Assembly: GCA_029775925.1 (NCBI GenBank)
Contig: JARVKB010000033.1
Location: 10,987-74,986 of the forward strand
Origin: Nitrososphaeria archaeon
GTDB taxonomy: Archaea; Thermoproteota; Nitrososphaeria; Nitrososphaerales; JACAEJ01
Direction of reading: 5' to 3'
Length of the DNA stretch: 64,000 bases
The notes below the pieces were generated by a model that was not told where the DNA came from, did no database searches, and saw only the letters and a program-made list of their open reading frames with translations. The translations under genes and the position numbers were made by a program. Positions 29,137-38,319 of this stretch are shown here, one piece after another (position 1 is the stretch's first letter; each line of letters starts with the position of its first letter).

Positions 29137-30288
29137 TTGATCAACCTTTCAAAGCTTCTCTTTGGCAATGCTGAGTTTGAAGACCCTTTAAGATACGGAG
29201 TTAAAGCCCATCAGAAACCAATAATAGTTTGGAACCTTACTAGAAGGTGCAATTTAAGTTGCGCTCACTGCTACTCTGACTCTAAAGCTAAAGAATACCT
29301 TGGGGAACTTTCAACTAAAGAGGCGAAGGTTGTGGCTGAGGACTTAGCATCTTATGAAGTTCCAGTAGTCATCTTCTCGGGCGGAGAACCTTTAATTAGG
29401 CGAGATGTCTTCGAACTTGCAGAACACTGTAGGGTGCTAGGTTTAAGAGTTATTTTATCTACCAACGGGACTTTGATCAGCAAAAATGTGGCTGAGAAGA
29501 TCAAGGAGGTTGGCTTCACCTACGTAGGTATAAGCTTAGACGGGGTTAGAGAGGTGAATGACAGGCTTAGAGGGGTGGAAGGAGCCTTTAGGCTTGCAGT
29601 AGAGGGTTTAAAGAACTGTAGAGATGAGGGATTAAAGACTGGTATCAGGTTTACCCTCACAAAACGTAACTACTTTGAAGTTGAAAGAATCTTTAGGCTG
29701 GCAAAGAGATTGAAGGTTCCAAGGGTCTGCTTTTACCATCTTGTTTATGTGGAAAGGGGAAGCGGCATGGTTAAAGAGGACTTAAGCCATGATGAAAAGA
29801 GAAAGATTATGGATCTTATAATCAGTAGGACCGAGGATCTCACCGGTAGGTGCATTTTAAGTGAAGTTCTTACAGTAGACAACTATGCTGACGCAGTCTA
29901 CCTTTACCTTAAGTTGAAGGAGAGAGGAGATGAGAGAGCTGAGATAGTCTATAGCCTTATGAGGAAACATGGAGGAAACAGCTCTGGAGTTGGGATTGCG
30001 GCTATAGATTCTCAAGGCTACGTACACCCTGACCAGTTCTGGACTCACTACTCACTAGGGAATGTAAAAAAGAGAAAGTTTAGTGAAATTTGGGAGGACG
30101 AATCCGAGCCTTTATTGAAGGCTTTAAGAATGAGAAAACTCTTTCTCAAGGGTAGATGTTCACGTTGTGCATTCCTCGAGCTTTGTAATGGAAACCTAAG
30201 GACAAGGGCTGAAGTAACAACAGGAGACATATGGGCTCCAGATCCAGCCTGTTATCTTACGGACAAGGAGATAGGAATTGAATACTAA
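29137..30288 (+). CDS. ahbC: Radical SAM/SPASM enzyme, NirJ1-like; probable Fe-coproporphyrin III synthase AhbC
   Basis: CNLSCAHCY (CxxxCxxC) and a C-terminal Cys cluster. The N-terminal LSKLLFG..DPLRYG pattern is, as I recall, typical of NirJ1/AhbC. Adjacent to ahbD and ahbAB. The C versus D assignment is tentative. Confidence 0.65.
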   Translation: MINLSKLLFGNAEFEDPLRYGVKAHQKPIIVWNLTRRCNLSCAHCYSDSKAKEYLGELSTKEAKVVAEDLASYEVPVVIFSGGEPLIRRDVFELAEHCRVLGLRVILSTNGTLISKNVAEKIKEVGFTYVGISLDGVREVNDRLRGVEGAFRLAVEGLKNCRDEGLKTGIRFTLTKRNYFEVERIFRLAKRLKVPRVCFYHLVYVERGSGMVKEDLSHDEKRKIMDLIISRTEDLTGRCILSEVLTVDNYADAVYLYLKLKERGDERAEIVYSLMRKHGGNSSGVGIAAIDSQGYVHPDQFWTHYSLGNVKKRKFSEIWEDESEPLLKALRMRKLFLKGRCSRCAFLELCNGNLRTRAEVTTGDIWAPDPACYLTDKEIGIEY

Positions 30289-31312
30289 AAGTCTTAGAGT
30301 TGTAGCTTGGGAGGCTACAAAAGCTTGCAGGTTTAAATGCATACATTGTAGGGCAGAGGCTCAAATCAATCCTGATTCAAACCAGCTCTCTACGGAAGAG
30401 GCTTTAGAGATGGTGGAAGAAATCATATCCTTCTCAAGACCTTTACTGATAATTACAGGAGGAGACCCTCTCCTGAGGGGAGATGTATTTAGGATTGTAG
30501 AATTTGCTACTCTAAAAGGCTTAGATGTAGCTATGGCTTTGAGTGGGAGTAAATTAACTTCTAGCGTAGCAGAGAGTATGAAGGAGGCTGGTGTGAGAAC
30601 TGTTTCTATCAGCATAGATGGATATAATGCTGAAGTCCATGACAGATTTAGAGGTGTTACAGGTGCCTTTGACGAGGCTTTAAAAGCTGCGAGAATCGTG
30701 AAGAATTATGGTCTAGATCTTCAGATCAATACAACGGTTTCGAAATATAATGTAAACTTTCTTAATGAGATAAGAAGCTTAGTGCTATCTTTGGGAGCAT
30801 CATCTTGGGACCTATTCATGCTCATACCAACAGGCAAAGGGAGAATTGAGATGGAAATCGAGCCAAAAGAATATGAGAAGGTGATGAGCTTTGTCTATGA
30901 ATTAAGAAAAAACTTCTTGATGAATGTGAAGATGACCTGCGCGCCTCATTATGTTAGATTTGTTATTGAAAGAGAATTAAAAAAGGGGAATTTAAGGATT
31001 AAGGATTTTGTTGAAGCAACTAGAATAGGAGGGGCTAGAGGCTGCATGGCTGGAAACGGCTACTGCTTCATCTCACATATTGGCGAAGTTTATGGATGCG
31101 GCTTCTTACCTATATCGGCTGGAAGTATTAGAAAAAAGCCCTTAAAAGAGATTTATGAGGGTTCTATGCTCTTCAAAAAACTTAGAGATAGAAGTTTTTT
31201 GAAGGGGAAATGTGGGCGCTGTAGATTTAAGGCTTTATGCGGAGGTTGTAGAGCAAGGGCTTATGGAGTCTTCGGCGATCCCTTTCAGCAGGAACCTTAC
31301 TGTTTTTATTAG
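30278..31312 (+). CDS. ahbD: Radical SAM/SPASM enzyme, NirJ2-like; probable heme synthase AhbD
   Basis: CRFKCIHCR (CxxxCxxC) and a C-terminal SPASM-like CGRCRFKALCGGCRARA. Overlaps ahbC by 11 nt. Confidence 0.65.
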   Translation: MNTKSLRVVAWEATKACRFKCIHCRAEAQINPDSNQLSTEEALEMVEEIISFSRPLLIITGGDPLLRGDVFRIVEFATLKGLDVAMALSGSKLTSSVAESMKEAGVRTVSISIDGYNAEVHDRFRGVTGAFDEALKAARIVKNYGLDLQINTTVSKYNVNFLNEIRSLVLSLGASSWDLFMLIPTGKGRIEMEIEPKEYEKVMSFVYELRKNFLMNVKMTCAPHYVRFVIERELKKGNLRIKDFVEATRIGGARGCMAGNGYCFISHIGEVYGCGFLPISAGSIRKKPLKEIYEGSMLFKKLRDRSFLKGKCGRCRFKALCGGCRARAYGVFGDPFQQEPYCFY

Positions 31313-32310
31313 CTCTGAATAAAGTATTCTCTCTTCATCTTATACTCTTTGACACTGTAGAGAGTAAGATAATGTTTTACTTGGCTGGCTTTCAAAATTT
31401 TGTTTATAACATCATCACATCTTTCCCTGCTCTTTTCATGAATTACTGTAAAAAGATTATATTCTTTGTTGGGGAAACCTATTCTCTCAAAGCAATGGCT
31501 AACTTCAGGGAAGGATGAGATAATTATACCAACCCTCTCCACATCGTCTTCAGAAACTTTCGTACAAAGGAGACAGTTAGCTATATAGCCAACTTTATAG
31601 TGGTCTAGCACGGCGGCAAAACGCTTCATAACGCCTCTTCTTTCCAGTTCTTTGGCTGCTTCAAGTAGTGTCTTCTCACTTATTTTAAGGCGATGTGCAG
31701 GTTTGACGAAGGGTCTAAATGAAAGCTCGATATCCCTCCAAAGCTCTCGGATCAGAGCTATATCCTGGTCTGAAAGTCTTTCAGACTTAACCTCTTTTAC
31801 TAGCTTGGGCTTCTCCTCTTTACAAGAAGACTTTAACTCAGCAAAGTTAAACTTTACAGTATTTTTAAAGATTTTTACAGCAGGAAGAACATAACACTCC
31901 CTTACACCTTCCAACTCTGTTAACTTCTTGATAAAGGGGGATAAACTTATGTCCGATGGAAAAGCTAAAGTGAACCAAAGGTTGATCTCATTGTCCCTTA
32001 GATAGTTATGGCTTACATATGGACATTTGCTTACCTCCTCCCCCACTATGTCTACATGTGCCTCATCAACTTTCATAGCCACTAACGTGCTCTGATATCC
32101 AAGCATACGAACATCGAAAATAGCGCTGATCTGTCGGATGATACCCTCTTCCTTCAGCCTTTCAACTCTCTCCAAGACTTCTTCCTCAGAGATTTTAAGC
32201 TTTTCAGCTATGGCTAAAAAGGGTCTCTCAACCAAAGGAAAGCTACATTGAATCATATCCAAGATTTTTTGGTCTAAAGAATCTAGCTCCACTTCACTCT
32301 TTCTAACCAA
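31309..32310 (-). CDS. ahbAB: Siroheme decarboxylase, fused AhbA/AhbB (NirDL-like, two Lrp/AsnC-like modules)
   Basis: Duplicated module with LDQKILDMIQCSFPLVERPF..GIIRQISAIF..VSHNYLR..NLWFTL, then a second ..GVMKRFAAVL..VSHCFER... TTG start. Confidence 0.8.
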   Translation of the reverse strand: MVRKSEVELDSLDQKILDMIQCSFPLVERPFLAIAEKLKISEEEVLERVERLKEEGIIRQISAIFDVRMLGYQSTLVAMKVDEAHVDIVGEEVSKCPYVSHNYLRDNEINLWFTLAFPSDISLSPFIKKLTELEGVRECYVLPAVKIFKNTVKFNFAELKSSCKEEKPKLVKEVKSERLSDQDIALIRELWRDIELSFRPFVKPAHRLKISEKTLLEAAKELERRGVMKRFAAVLDHYKVGYIANCLLCTKVSEDDVERVGIIISSFPEVSHCFERIGFPNKEYNLFTVIHEKSRERCDDVINKILKASQVKHYLTLYSVKEYKMKREYFIQS

Positions 32311-32450
32311 TTATACCTTATAATAAACCTTATCTAGAGTTGCGCGAGTTATTTCTTAAGAAGTCAAAAAGCACACTCAATTCGTTCTAGAAATTTTTAA
32401 GAATAAATTATTGCTACGTTTGGTATACTCATATAGGAAGATAGGAGAAG

Positions 32451-33521
32451 ATGATGAAAGAGCTCTCAAAAGATGAGCTAGAAACCTACTCTAGACAGAT
32501 AGTATTGGAAGATATAGGCTACGAGGGACAGTTGAAGCTCTCAGAAGCTAGAGTCTGCCTTGCTGGTTTAGGAGGTCTTGGCAGTAATGCTGCCCTTCAG
32601 TTAGTAGGTATGGGCATTGGCTATTTACGCATAATAGACAGAGATGTTGTGGATCGTTCAAACCTTCATAGGCAGACTCTTTACGATGTAAATTACCTCT
32701 ACTATCCAAAAGTAGAAGTTGCTGCAAAGAAGCTAAGCCAATTGAATCCTAATGTGAATATAGAACCAATCCCCATATCATTAAATTCTGATAACGCTGA
32801 AGAAATGATAAAAGATATGGACGTTGTTATTGATGGCTTAGATAATATAGAGACGAGGTACGCTTTAAACTGGGCTTGTGTTAAACATAGAGTACCTTAT
32901 GTATTTGGAGCAGCTATAGCACTCTATGGTAATGTATCAACAATAATCCCAAAAAAGACGCCTTGTCTTGAGTGCTTTATTGGAGGCTTAACAAATAGCA
33001 TGCTACCAACATGTAGAATATTAGGAGTACATCCATCACTTCCAAGCATAATATCAAGCTTGGAAGTTTCTGAAGCAGTAAGGATAATTTTGGGTAAAAA
33101 GCCAAACCTTCTAAACACTTTATTATATTTTGATCTGAAAGATCTTTCTTTCGAGAAGATCAATATATCAAGAAGAGAGAATTGCCAAGTTTGTGGTCCA
33201 AATCCTAAACTCACAGTAAAGAGGAAGTTAATAGATGAAATCCGAAGTAAAGATGAAAAAAGAGTTTACGTGATAAACCCAAGAAAAAACTTGGGCTTAA
33301 TCATGGAAGATCTCTATTCATTAATAAAAGATAAAGGGTTAAGTGTAAGAGTTAAAGCGAATTTAGGTATTACTTTTTATTATAACCTAAAGACAACAAT
33401 AAGTATGTTAAAGAGTGGAACTATGATAATCGAAGGAGCTAATGATAAAGAGCAAGTCATAAGTTTGTATGAAGAATTTGTAGTTAAAGGATTGAACATT
33501 CCTTGGTCTGATATAGATTAG
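32451..33521 (+). CDS. ThiF/MoeB/UbaA-family E1-like adenylyltransferase with an extra C-terminal domain of about 100 aa
   Basis: YSRQI, the GLGGLGS nucleotide loop, DRDVVDRSNLHRQ, and zinc pairs CLEC and CQVC. Residues after about 255 have no family that I recognise. Confidence 0.85.
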   Translation: MMKELSKDELETYSRQIVLEDIGYEGQLKLSEARVCLAGLGGLGSNAALQLVGMGIGYLRIIDRDVVDRSNLHRQTLYDVNYLYYPKVEVAAKKLSQLNPNVNIEPIPISLNSDNAEEMIKDMDVVIDGLDNIETRYALNWACVKHRVPYVFGAAIALYGNVSTIIPKKTPCLECFIGGLTNSMLPTCRILGVHPSLPSIISSLEVSEAVRIILGKKPNLLNTLLYFDLKDLSFEKINISRRENCQVCGPNPKLTVKRKLIDEIRSKDEKRVYVINPRKNLGLIMEDLYSLIKDKGLSVRVKANLGITFYYNLKTTISMLKSGTMIIEGANDKEQVISLYEEFVVKGLNIPWSDID

Positions 33522-33607
33522 AATTTAAAAATTTCATGGATTGATTATTGTTATATACTTTCTAAGTATGATTAGAATAACTTATTAACAAGTAAAGATT
33601 AAAAGCT

Positions 33608-34354
33608 TTGATGGTGCGAAACGCTCTTAAGGATAAATTAATCGTAATAGCTGGTGGAGGATACTTTGGTACAGAAGCTTTAATCTCAGCAAAAGAATCC
33701 TTTGCCAAAATCATACTGCTTGACGAATTTCCTGATTGTAAAGCGAGTAAATTCGTAGAAGAAATAATTGACGGGATAGATTTGGAAAAAGCGATGGATG
33801 TTAAAGCTAGTTATGCTAAGTTTTTTATTTGTGATGCAGTAAAATTTCTAATAGATTTTTTGAGAAAGACAACGCCAGACTATATAGTCCCCGCAATTCC
33901 TGGGAATTTGACAGGAAAATTAGTTATGATGTGGTTAGAAAATCGGGGCTTTAAGATAAAAGTTGAATCAGGATTGGCAGAAGAAGTATTAGACGATATC
34001 CCAAAGAGCATGGTTAATTATTATGATAAAGAGTCAGGGACAATAATAACAAGCTATATGCCAAAAGGAAGCCTTTGCGAGATTCCTTGTGATCAACCAT
34101 TAGAATTTTGTCCAACTACAGGTAAGCCAAAGGCAGGTGCTATGTATAAAGTGTTAGAGTATGCTACTTGGAATAAGGTTAAAGCATCGAAGATTATTCG
34201 TAGCCATAAACTTCAGCGTAATGTAGGATGCTTCAAGGGAGAAGAACTAACATCTTTTTTATCTTATATTAATCAGATTGAAAAACCATATAGCATAGCG
34301 ATTGGCACTGCTTGTGCTTGTCATGGAATCTTGAATGTATTCTCAGTTTTGTAA
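33608..34354 (+). CDS. Hypothetical protein with an N-terminal Rossmann-like glycine-rich loop and a Cys cluster
   Basis: VIAGGGYFGTEAL, CEIPCDQPLEFCP (Cx3Cx7C) and C-terminal GTACACHG. No family recognised. Confidence 0.5.
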   Translation: MMVRNALKDKLIVIAGGGYFGTEALISAKESFAKIILLDEFPDCKASKFVEEIIDGIDLEKAMDVKASYAKFFICDAVKFLIDFLRKTTPDYIVPAIPGNLTGKLVMMWLENRGFKIKVESGLAEEVLDDIPKSMVNYYDKESGTIITSYMPKGSLCEIPCDQPLEFCPTTGKPKAGAMYKVLEYATWNKVKASKIIRSHKLQRNVGCFKGEELTSFLSYINQIEKPYSIAIGTACACHGILNVFSVL

Positions 34355-34694
34355 CTTGAAGATGAAAAAGCTTTAGGATATAAGTTTGATCGTTGAGGAA
34401 AAGGATAATCTGGTTTAATGATGCGTTTAGAATGTTTATGACCATCACTAAAACTATTCAACTTCGCATAAAAGTAAAATTTCTTTGAAGAAATATAATA
34501 GTAAACATAATAGTGAAGTTAATTTTGAGTATGGCTTTGCTTTCAGCCAAGTTGACGACAACCGACTTCTCATTTTCATAAATCTTAAAAGAGTGAATAT
34601 TGAAATTTAAAGTTTAAGCTTCTTTGAAGCTATCGCCTAAATAATACCCGTTAAAAATTTAAGGCTATTTTAGAATAAAGATACGATAGAAAGG

Positions 34695-35939
34695 TTGAGG
34701 AAAGTGCCAAGAAAACCGATAGATGTAGAGAAGATCAGGAAAGACTTCCCTATCTTTAATCAGAAGATTAAGGGTATGCCTTATATCTATTTAGATAATG
34801 CAGCTACATCACAAAGACCTAACCAAGTCATCAAAGCAATGAATGATTATTATCAAATGTATAATGCTACAATCCATAGAGCCCTGTATGAGCTTGGAGA
34901 GAAGGCTACGGATGCTTATGAGGAATCCAGAGAAAAAGTAGCTAAATTCATCAATGCGAGTCCTGAAGAAGTAATTTTTGTCAGAAACACTACAGAAGCT
35001 ATAAACCTTGTAGCCTATAGCTGGGGTAGATCTAATATAAAAGAAGGAGATAAAATTCTTCTAACTGTGATGGAACATCATAGTAATATAATACCTTGGC
35101 AACTTCTTGCAAAAGAGAAGAAAGCCCACTTAGAATTCATTGATATATATGATAATGGACTTTTAAAAATGGATGAGTTTGAAAAATTTATAGGCGAAGG
35201 GATAAGATTTATGAGCTTGGTTCATGTTTCAAACGTATTAGGTACTGTAAATCCAGTTAAAAAAATGGTGGATTATGCTCATAAAAATGGTGTATTAGTA
35301 TTAATAGATGCAGCTCAATCAGCACCTCACATGCCGGTGGATGTTCATGATATAGGCTGTGACTTTCTGGCTTTCTCTGGACATAAGATGCTAGGACCAA
35401 CAGGGATTGGAGTACTATATGGTAAAAGAGAATTACTTGAGAATATGGGCCCATTCCTTGGAGGCGGAGATATGATAAAAGAAGTTCATCTAAGGGAAGC
35501 TAGCTGGAACGAGATACCATGGAAGTTTGAAGCAGGTACACCAAATATTGCAGGAGCTATAGGTTTAGGAGCTGCTGTAGATTATCTTAATAATATAGGC
35601 ATGGAAAATGTAAAGGAACATGAGAAAGAATTGACTAAATACGCTTTAGATAAAATGATGAGAATCAAGGGGATTAATATCTATGGCACCAAAAATGTAG
35701 AATTAAGAGGGGGTGTCATATCCTTTAATTTGGGAGATATGCACCCTCATGATTTGGCATCGATATTAGATAATGAAGGAATATCTATAAGAGCAGGTCA
35801 CCATTGCGCCCAGCCTTTAATGGATAGATTAGGTGTTGTTGGCACGGCAAGGGCGAGTTTTTACATATACAACACAGAATGGGAAATAGATTATCTAGTA
35901 AACTCCTTGGAGAAGGTAAGGGAGGTATTCAAGGTATGA
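34695..35939 (+). CDS. sufS: Cysteine desulfurase, SufS (class II) type
   Basis: YLDNAATSQ, the PLP-lysine motif SGHKMLGPTG, and the active-site loop RAGHHCAQP. TTG start (GTG at 34704 is an alternative). Confidence 0.9.
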   Translation: MRKVPRKPIDVEKIRKDFPIFNQKIKGMPYIYLDNAATSQRPNQVIKAMNDYYQMYNATIHRALYELGEKATDAYEESREKVAKFINASPEEVIFVRNTTEAINLVAYSWGRSNIKEGDKILLTVMEHHSNIIPWQLLAKEKKAHLEFIDIYDNGLLKMDEFEKFIGEGIRFMSLVHVSNVLGTVNPVKKMVDYAHKNGVLVLIDAAQSAPHMPVDVHDIGCDFLAFSGHKMLGPTGIGVLYGKRELLENMGPFLGGGDMIKEVHLREASWNEIPWKFEAGTPNIAGAIGLGAAVDYLNNIGMENVKEHEKELTKYALDKMMRIKGINIYGTKNVELRGGVISFNLGDMHPHDLASILDNEGISIRAGHHCAQPLMDRLGVVGTARASFYIYNTEWEIDYLVNSLEKVREVFKV

Positions 35940-36322
35940 GCGAAATATACACTAGAATGATTATTGACCTTTATCGAAATCCTTTGAACTATGGTGAAAT
36001 TGAGAAACCTGACATAAAGGCGAAAGATACAAACCCTATATGTGGCGATATAATAGAGATTCAAATAAAGCTGAACAAAGACATCATTAAGGATGTCAAG
36101 TTTAACGGGAAGGGTTGTGCAATAAGTATGGCCTCTGCTTCACTACTGACAGAAATGATAAAAGGAAAGAGCATAGATGAATCATTGAAGATGGATAAAA
36201 ATGACATACTCGATGCTTTAGGTATAAAGATGAGCCTAGTAAGACTTAAGTGTGCTTTACTTCCTTTAAGGACTCTTAAGATGGGAATCTATTCTTATCT
36301 AGGAAAATCAGATAAAGTATAG
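35936..36322 (+). CDS. sufU: SufU/IscU-type Fe-S scaffold or sulfur acceptor
   Basis: Three conserved Cys contexts (NPICGD, GKGCAIS, KCALLP). ATGA overlap with the sufS stop. The tracked start at 35879 lies inside sufS. Confidence 0.85.
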   Translation: MSEIYTRMIIDLYRNPLNYGEIEKPDIKAKDTNPICGDIIEIQIKLNKDIIKDVKFNGKGCAISMASASLLTEMIKGKSIDESLKMDKNDILDALGIKMSLVRLKCALLPLRTLKMGIYSYLGKSDKV

Positions 36323-36363
36323 TTAAAATTTTATGAGTATGGATTCTAAGTAGATATGCAATT

Positions 36364-36954
36364 ATGTTTGATAAATTAGCCATTATAGTTTGGATGGTGT
36401 GGTCTATAGTAATCATTGCGCTTGTTTTAATTCCCCTTTTTCCTAATTTATGGAGAAAGATAGGTATTCTTACATACCTTGTTTTGTTCATCTTTTGGTT
36501 CCCCATTGCTTATTTGATTCTTTTAAACCAAGACCTTATTATTACAAATGTAGTAAATTTTCATATAATACTATCCTTCTTTGGTTTTGTTCTTATAATA
36601 ATTAGCTTGATAATTCATGTTTGGGTGGCTAAACTTCTTGGAATAAAGGCAATAGTAGGATACTATGTTATTTGTCCAGACAACGAGAAAGGTAGTTTGG
36701 TCACCTCAAGCATCTTTTCCATAGTTAGGCATCCTGATTACTTATCTCATATATCCTTATGGCCCGGATTCTTTTTGTTAACAGGTTCTCTAAGTCTGTT
36801 GATCTTAACATTTTTAGACCTTATTATCATTTATTTCATTATAATACCTTTAGAAGAGAAGCATTTGCTCCAAAGATTTGGTAAAGAATATATGGATTAC
36901 AAAAAGAGAGTGCCCAAGTTCTTTCCTAGAATTTTCAGGAGAAATACTTCTTAA
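36364..36954 (+). CDS. Membrane methyltransferase of the ICMT/PEMT family
   Basis: Multiple TM helices and a C-terminal IVRHPDYLS..EEKHLLQRFGKEYMDYKKRVP motif. Confidence 0.7.
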   Translation: MFDKLAIIVWMVWSIVIIALVLIPLFPNLWRKIGILTYLVLFIFWFPIAYLILLNQDLIITNVVNFHIILSFFGFVLIIISLIIHVWVAKLLGIKAIVGYYVICPDNEKGSLVTSSIFSIVRHPDYLSHISLWPGFFLLTGSLSLLILTFLDLIIIYFIIIPLEEKHLLQRFGKEYMDYKKRVPKFFPRIFRRNTS

Positions 36955-36984
36955 TCTCGCAAAGGTAGGATGGGTGCGTTATCA

Positions 36985-37833
36985 TTATATTCCTGCCAAC
37001 TCCCTTACCTTCTTAAGATTTCCTAACCAATCTCTCCTACCGTCTACTGGAGTCTCTAGTATTAATGGTAATTCTCTAATCGCTTTATGGTTGAGTATCG
37101 CTCTGAAACCTTCTTCTCCAATAAAACCCATTCCTATATGCTCGTGCCTATCCAAATGAGATCCTAATTTGCCCCTAGAATCGTTTAAATGAACGACTTT
37201 CATCTTAGAAAGGCCTATAATTTTATCAAAAAGGTTTAAGGTCTCATCGACAGCTCTTATATTCCTTAAATCATAGCCTGCCGCAAAAGCATGACATGTA
37301 TCGAAACAAACTCCAACTCTGTCCTTTTGCTCTATATTATCAAGTATGGATTTTATCTGTTCAAATTCATATCCAACACTATTTCTCGTCCCAGAAGTTA
37401 TCTCAAGTAAAAGCATCACATCGTTATCAACATTAAAAAGAGACTCGTTGCAGGCATCTATCGCTCTTTTTAAACCTATATCTAAACCCTTTCCAAGATG
37501 GCTTCCTAGATGAGTAACAAGATATTTTATTTCCAATTGACCACATCTTGAAAGTTCTGCTTTTAGAACTTCTAAAGATTTTTTATAAGTTTCATTCAAA
37601 GGAGATGATATGTTTGGTAAATAAGGCATGTGAGCCACTGTTAGTTTAAATCCATAAGCTCTTGCCTTTTTAACAAAAGCATCAACCTCTTCTTGCTTTA
37701 ATGGAGAGAAAATCCATCCTCTTGGATTTCTGGTGAATATCTGAAAAGTCGTACAATCTAATTCTTTTGCTCTATCGATAGCTTTATCTATTGAACCTGC
37801 TATAGATACATGTACTCCTAATAACATTATCAT
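36985..37833 (-). CDS. nfo: Endonuclease IV (AP endonuclease, TIM barrel)
   Basis: LLGVHVS..FQIFTRNPRGW, HMPYLPN, VTHLGS, CFDTCHAFAAGYD and HLNDS..G...DRHEHIG metal-ligand motifs. Confidence 0.9.
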   Translation of the reverse strand: MIMLLGVHVSIAGSIDKAIDRAKELDCTTFQIFTRNPRGWIFSPLKQEEVDAFVKKARAYGFKLTVAHMPYLPNISSPLNETYKKSLEVLKAELSRCGQLEIKYLVTHLGSHLGKGLDIGLKRAIDACNESLFNVDNDVMLLLEITSGTRNSVGYEFEQIKSILDNIEQKDRVGVCFDTCHAFAAGYDLRNIRAVDETLNLFDKIIGLSKMKVVHLNDSRGKLGSHLDRHEHIGMGFIGEEGFRAILNHKAIRELPLILETPVDGRRDWLGNLKKVRELAGI

Positions 37834-37890
37834 TCATCTCTACAGGATAATAAGAAATATAGTGTACTAAAAAAATATAACTATAAAAAG

Positions 37891-38319
37891 TCAATCAGTT
37901 ACCCAAGACCAGCTTTCATCGATATAAACTTCTTTCTTCCATATGGCTGGTTCTTTTTTGTATCTTTCAATAGCTTCTTGCAAAGCCGGAAAAGCCTGAT
38001 TTCTACTCTTACTAGCTACTATGACTAGCACTAAAGGCTCCCCAACACCAAACAAACCTTCAAAGTGGTAAATTCTCGCTAAATATAATCCATATTTTTT
38101 TTGAATATCATCACTAATTTTTTTAATGGTCAAATTTGCATGTTCATTATAAGACTCTATCTCTAACTTGATGACTTTTTTATCATCCTTCCCAACTTCT
38201 CTTACAACACCAATAAATATCATAACAGCACCAGCATCTTTAGGTAAATTTGATAATAAGTCACTTATCAGTGAGACTATCTCTATCTTCCCTTTATCAT
38301 AAATTCCTGATTCGATCAT
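37891..38319 (-). CDS. moaE: MoaE-family protein (molybdopterin synthase large-subunit fold)
   Basis: GAVMIFIGVVRE.., YHFEGLFGVGEPLVLVIVASKSR..AF and ERYKKEPAIWKKE. The Met at 38319 forms an ATGA overlap with the upstream nob1-like stop. Confidence 0.7.
   Translation of the reverse strand: MIESGIYDKGKIEIVSLISDLLSNLPKDAGAVMIFIGVVREVGKDDKKVIKLEIESYNEHANLTIKKISDDIQKKYGLYLARIYHFEGLFGVGEPLVLVIVASKSRNQAFPALQEAIERYKKEPAIWKKEVYIDESWSWVTD

Noticed and set aside
36878-37159. 93-aa plus-strand ORF spanning the end of the ICMT-like gene and the 3' end of nfo. Also the 76-aa minus-strand ORF at 36276-36506.
   Set aside because: Both overlap convincingly assigned genes (nfo, sufU, the ICMT-like gene), out of frame or antisense, and have no motif support.
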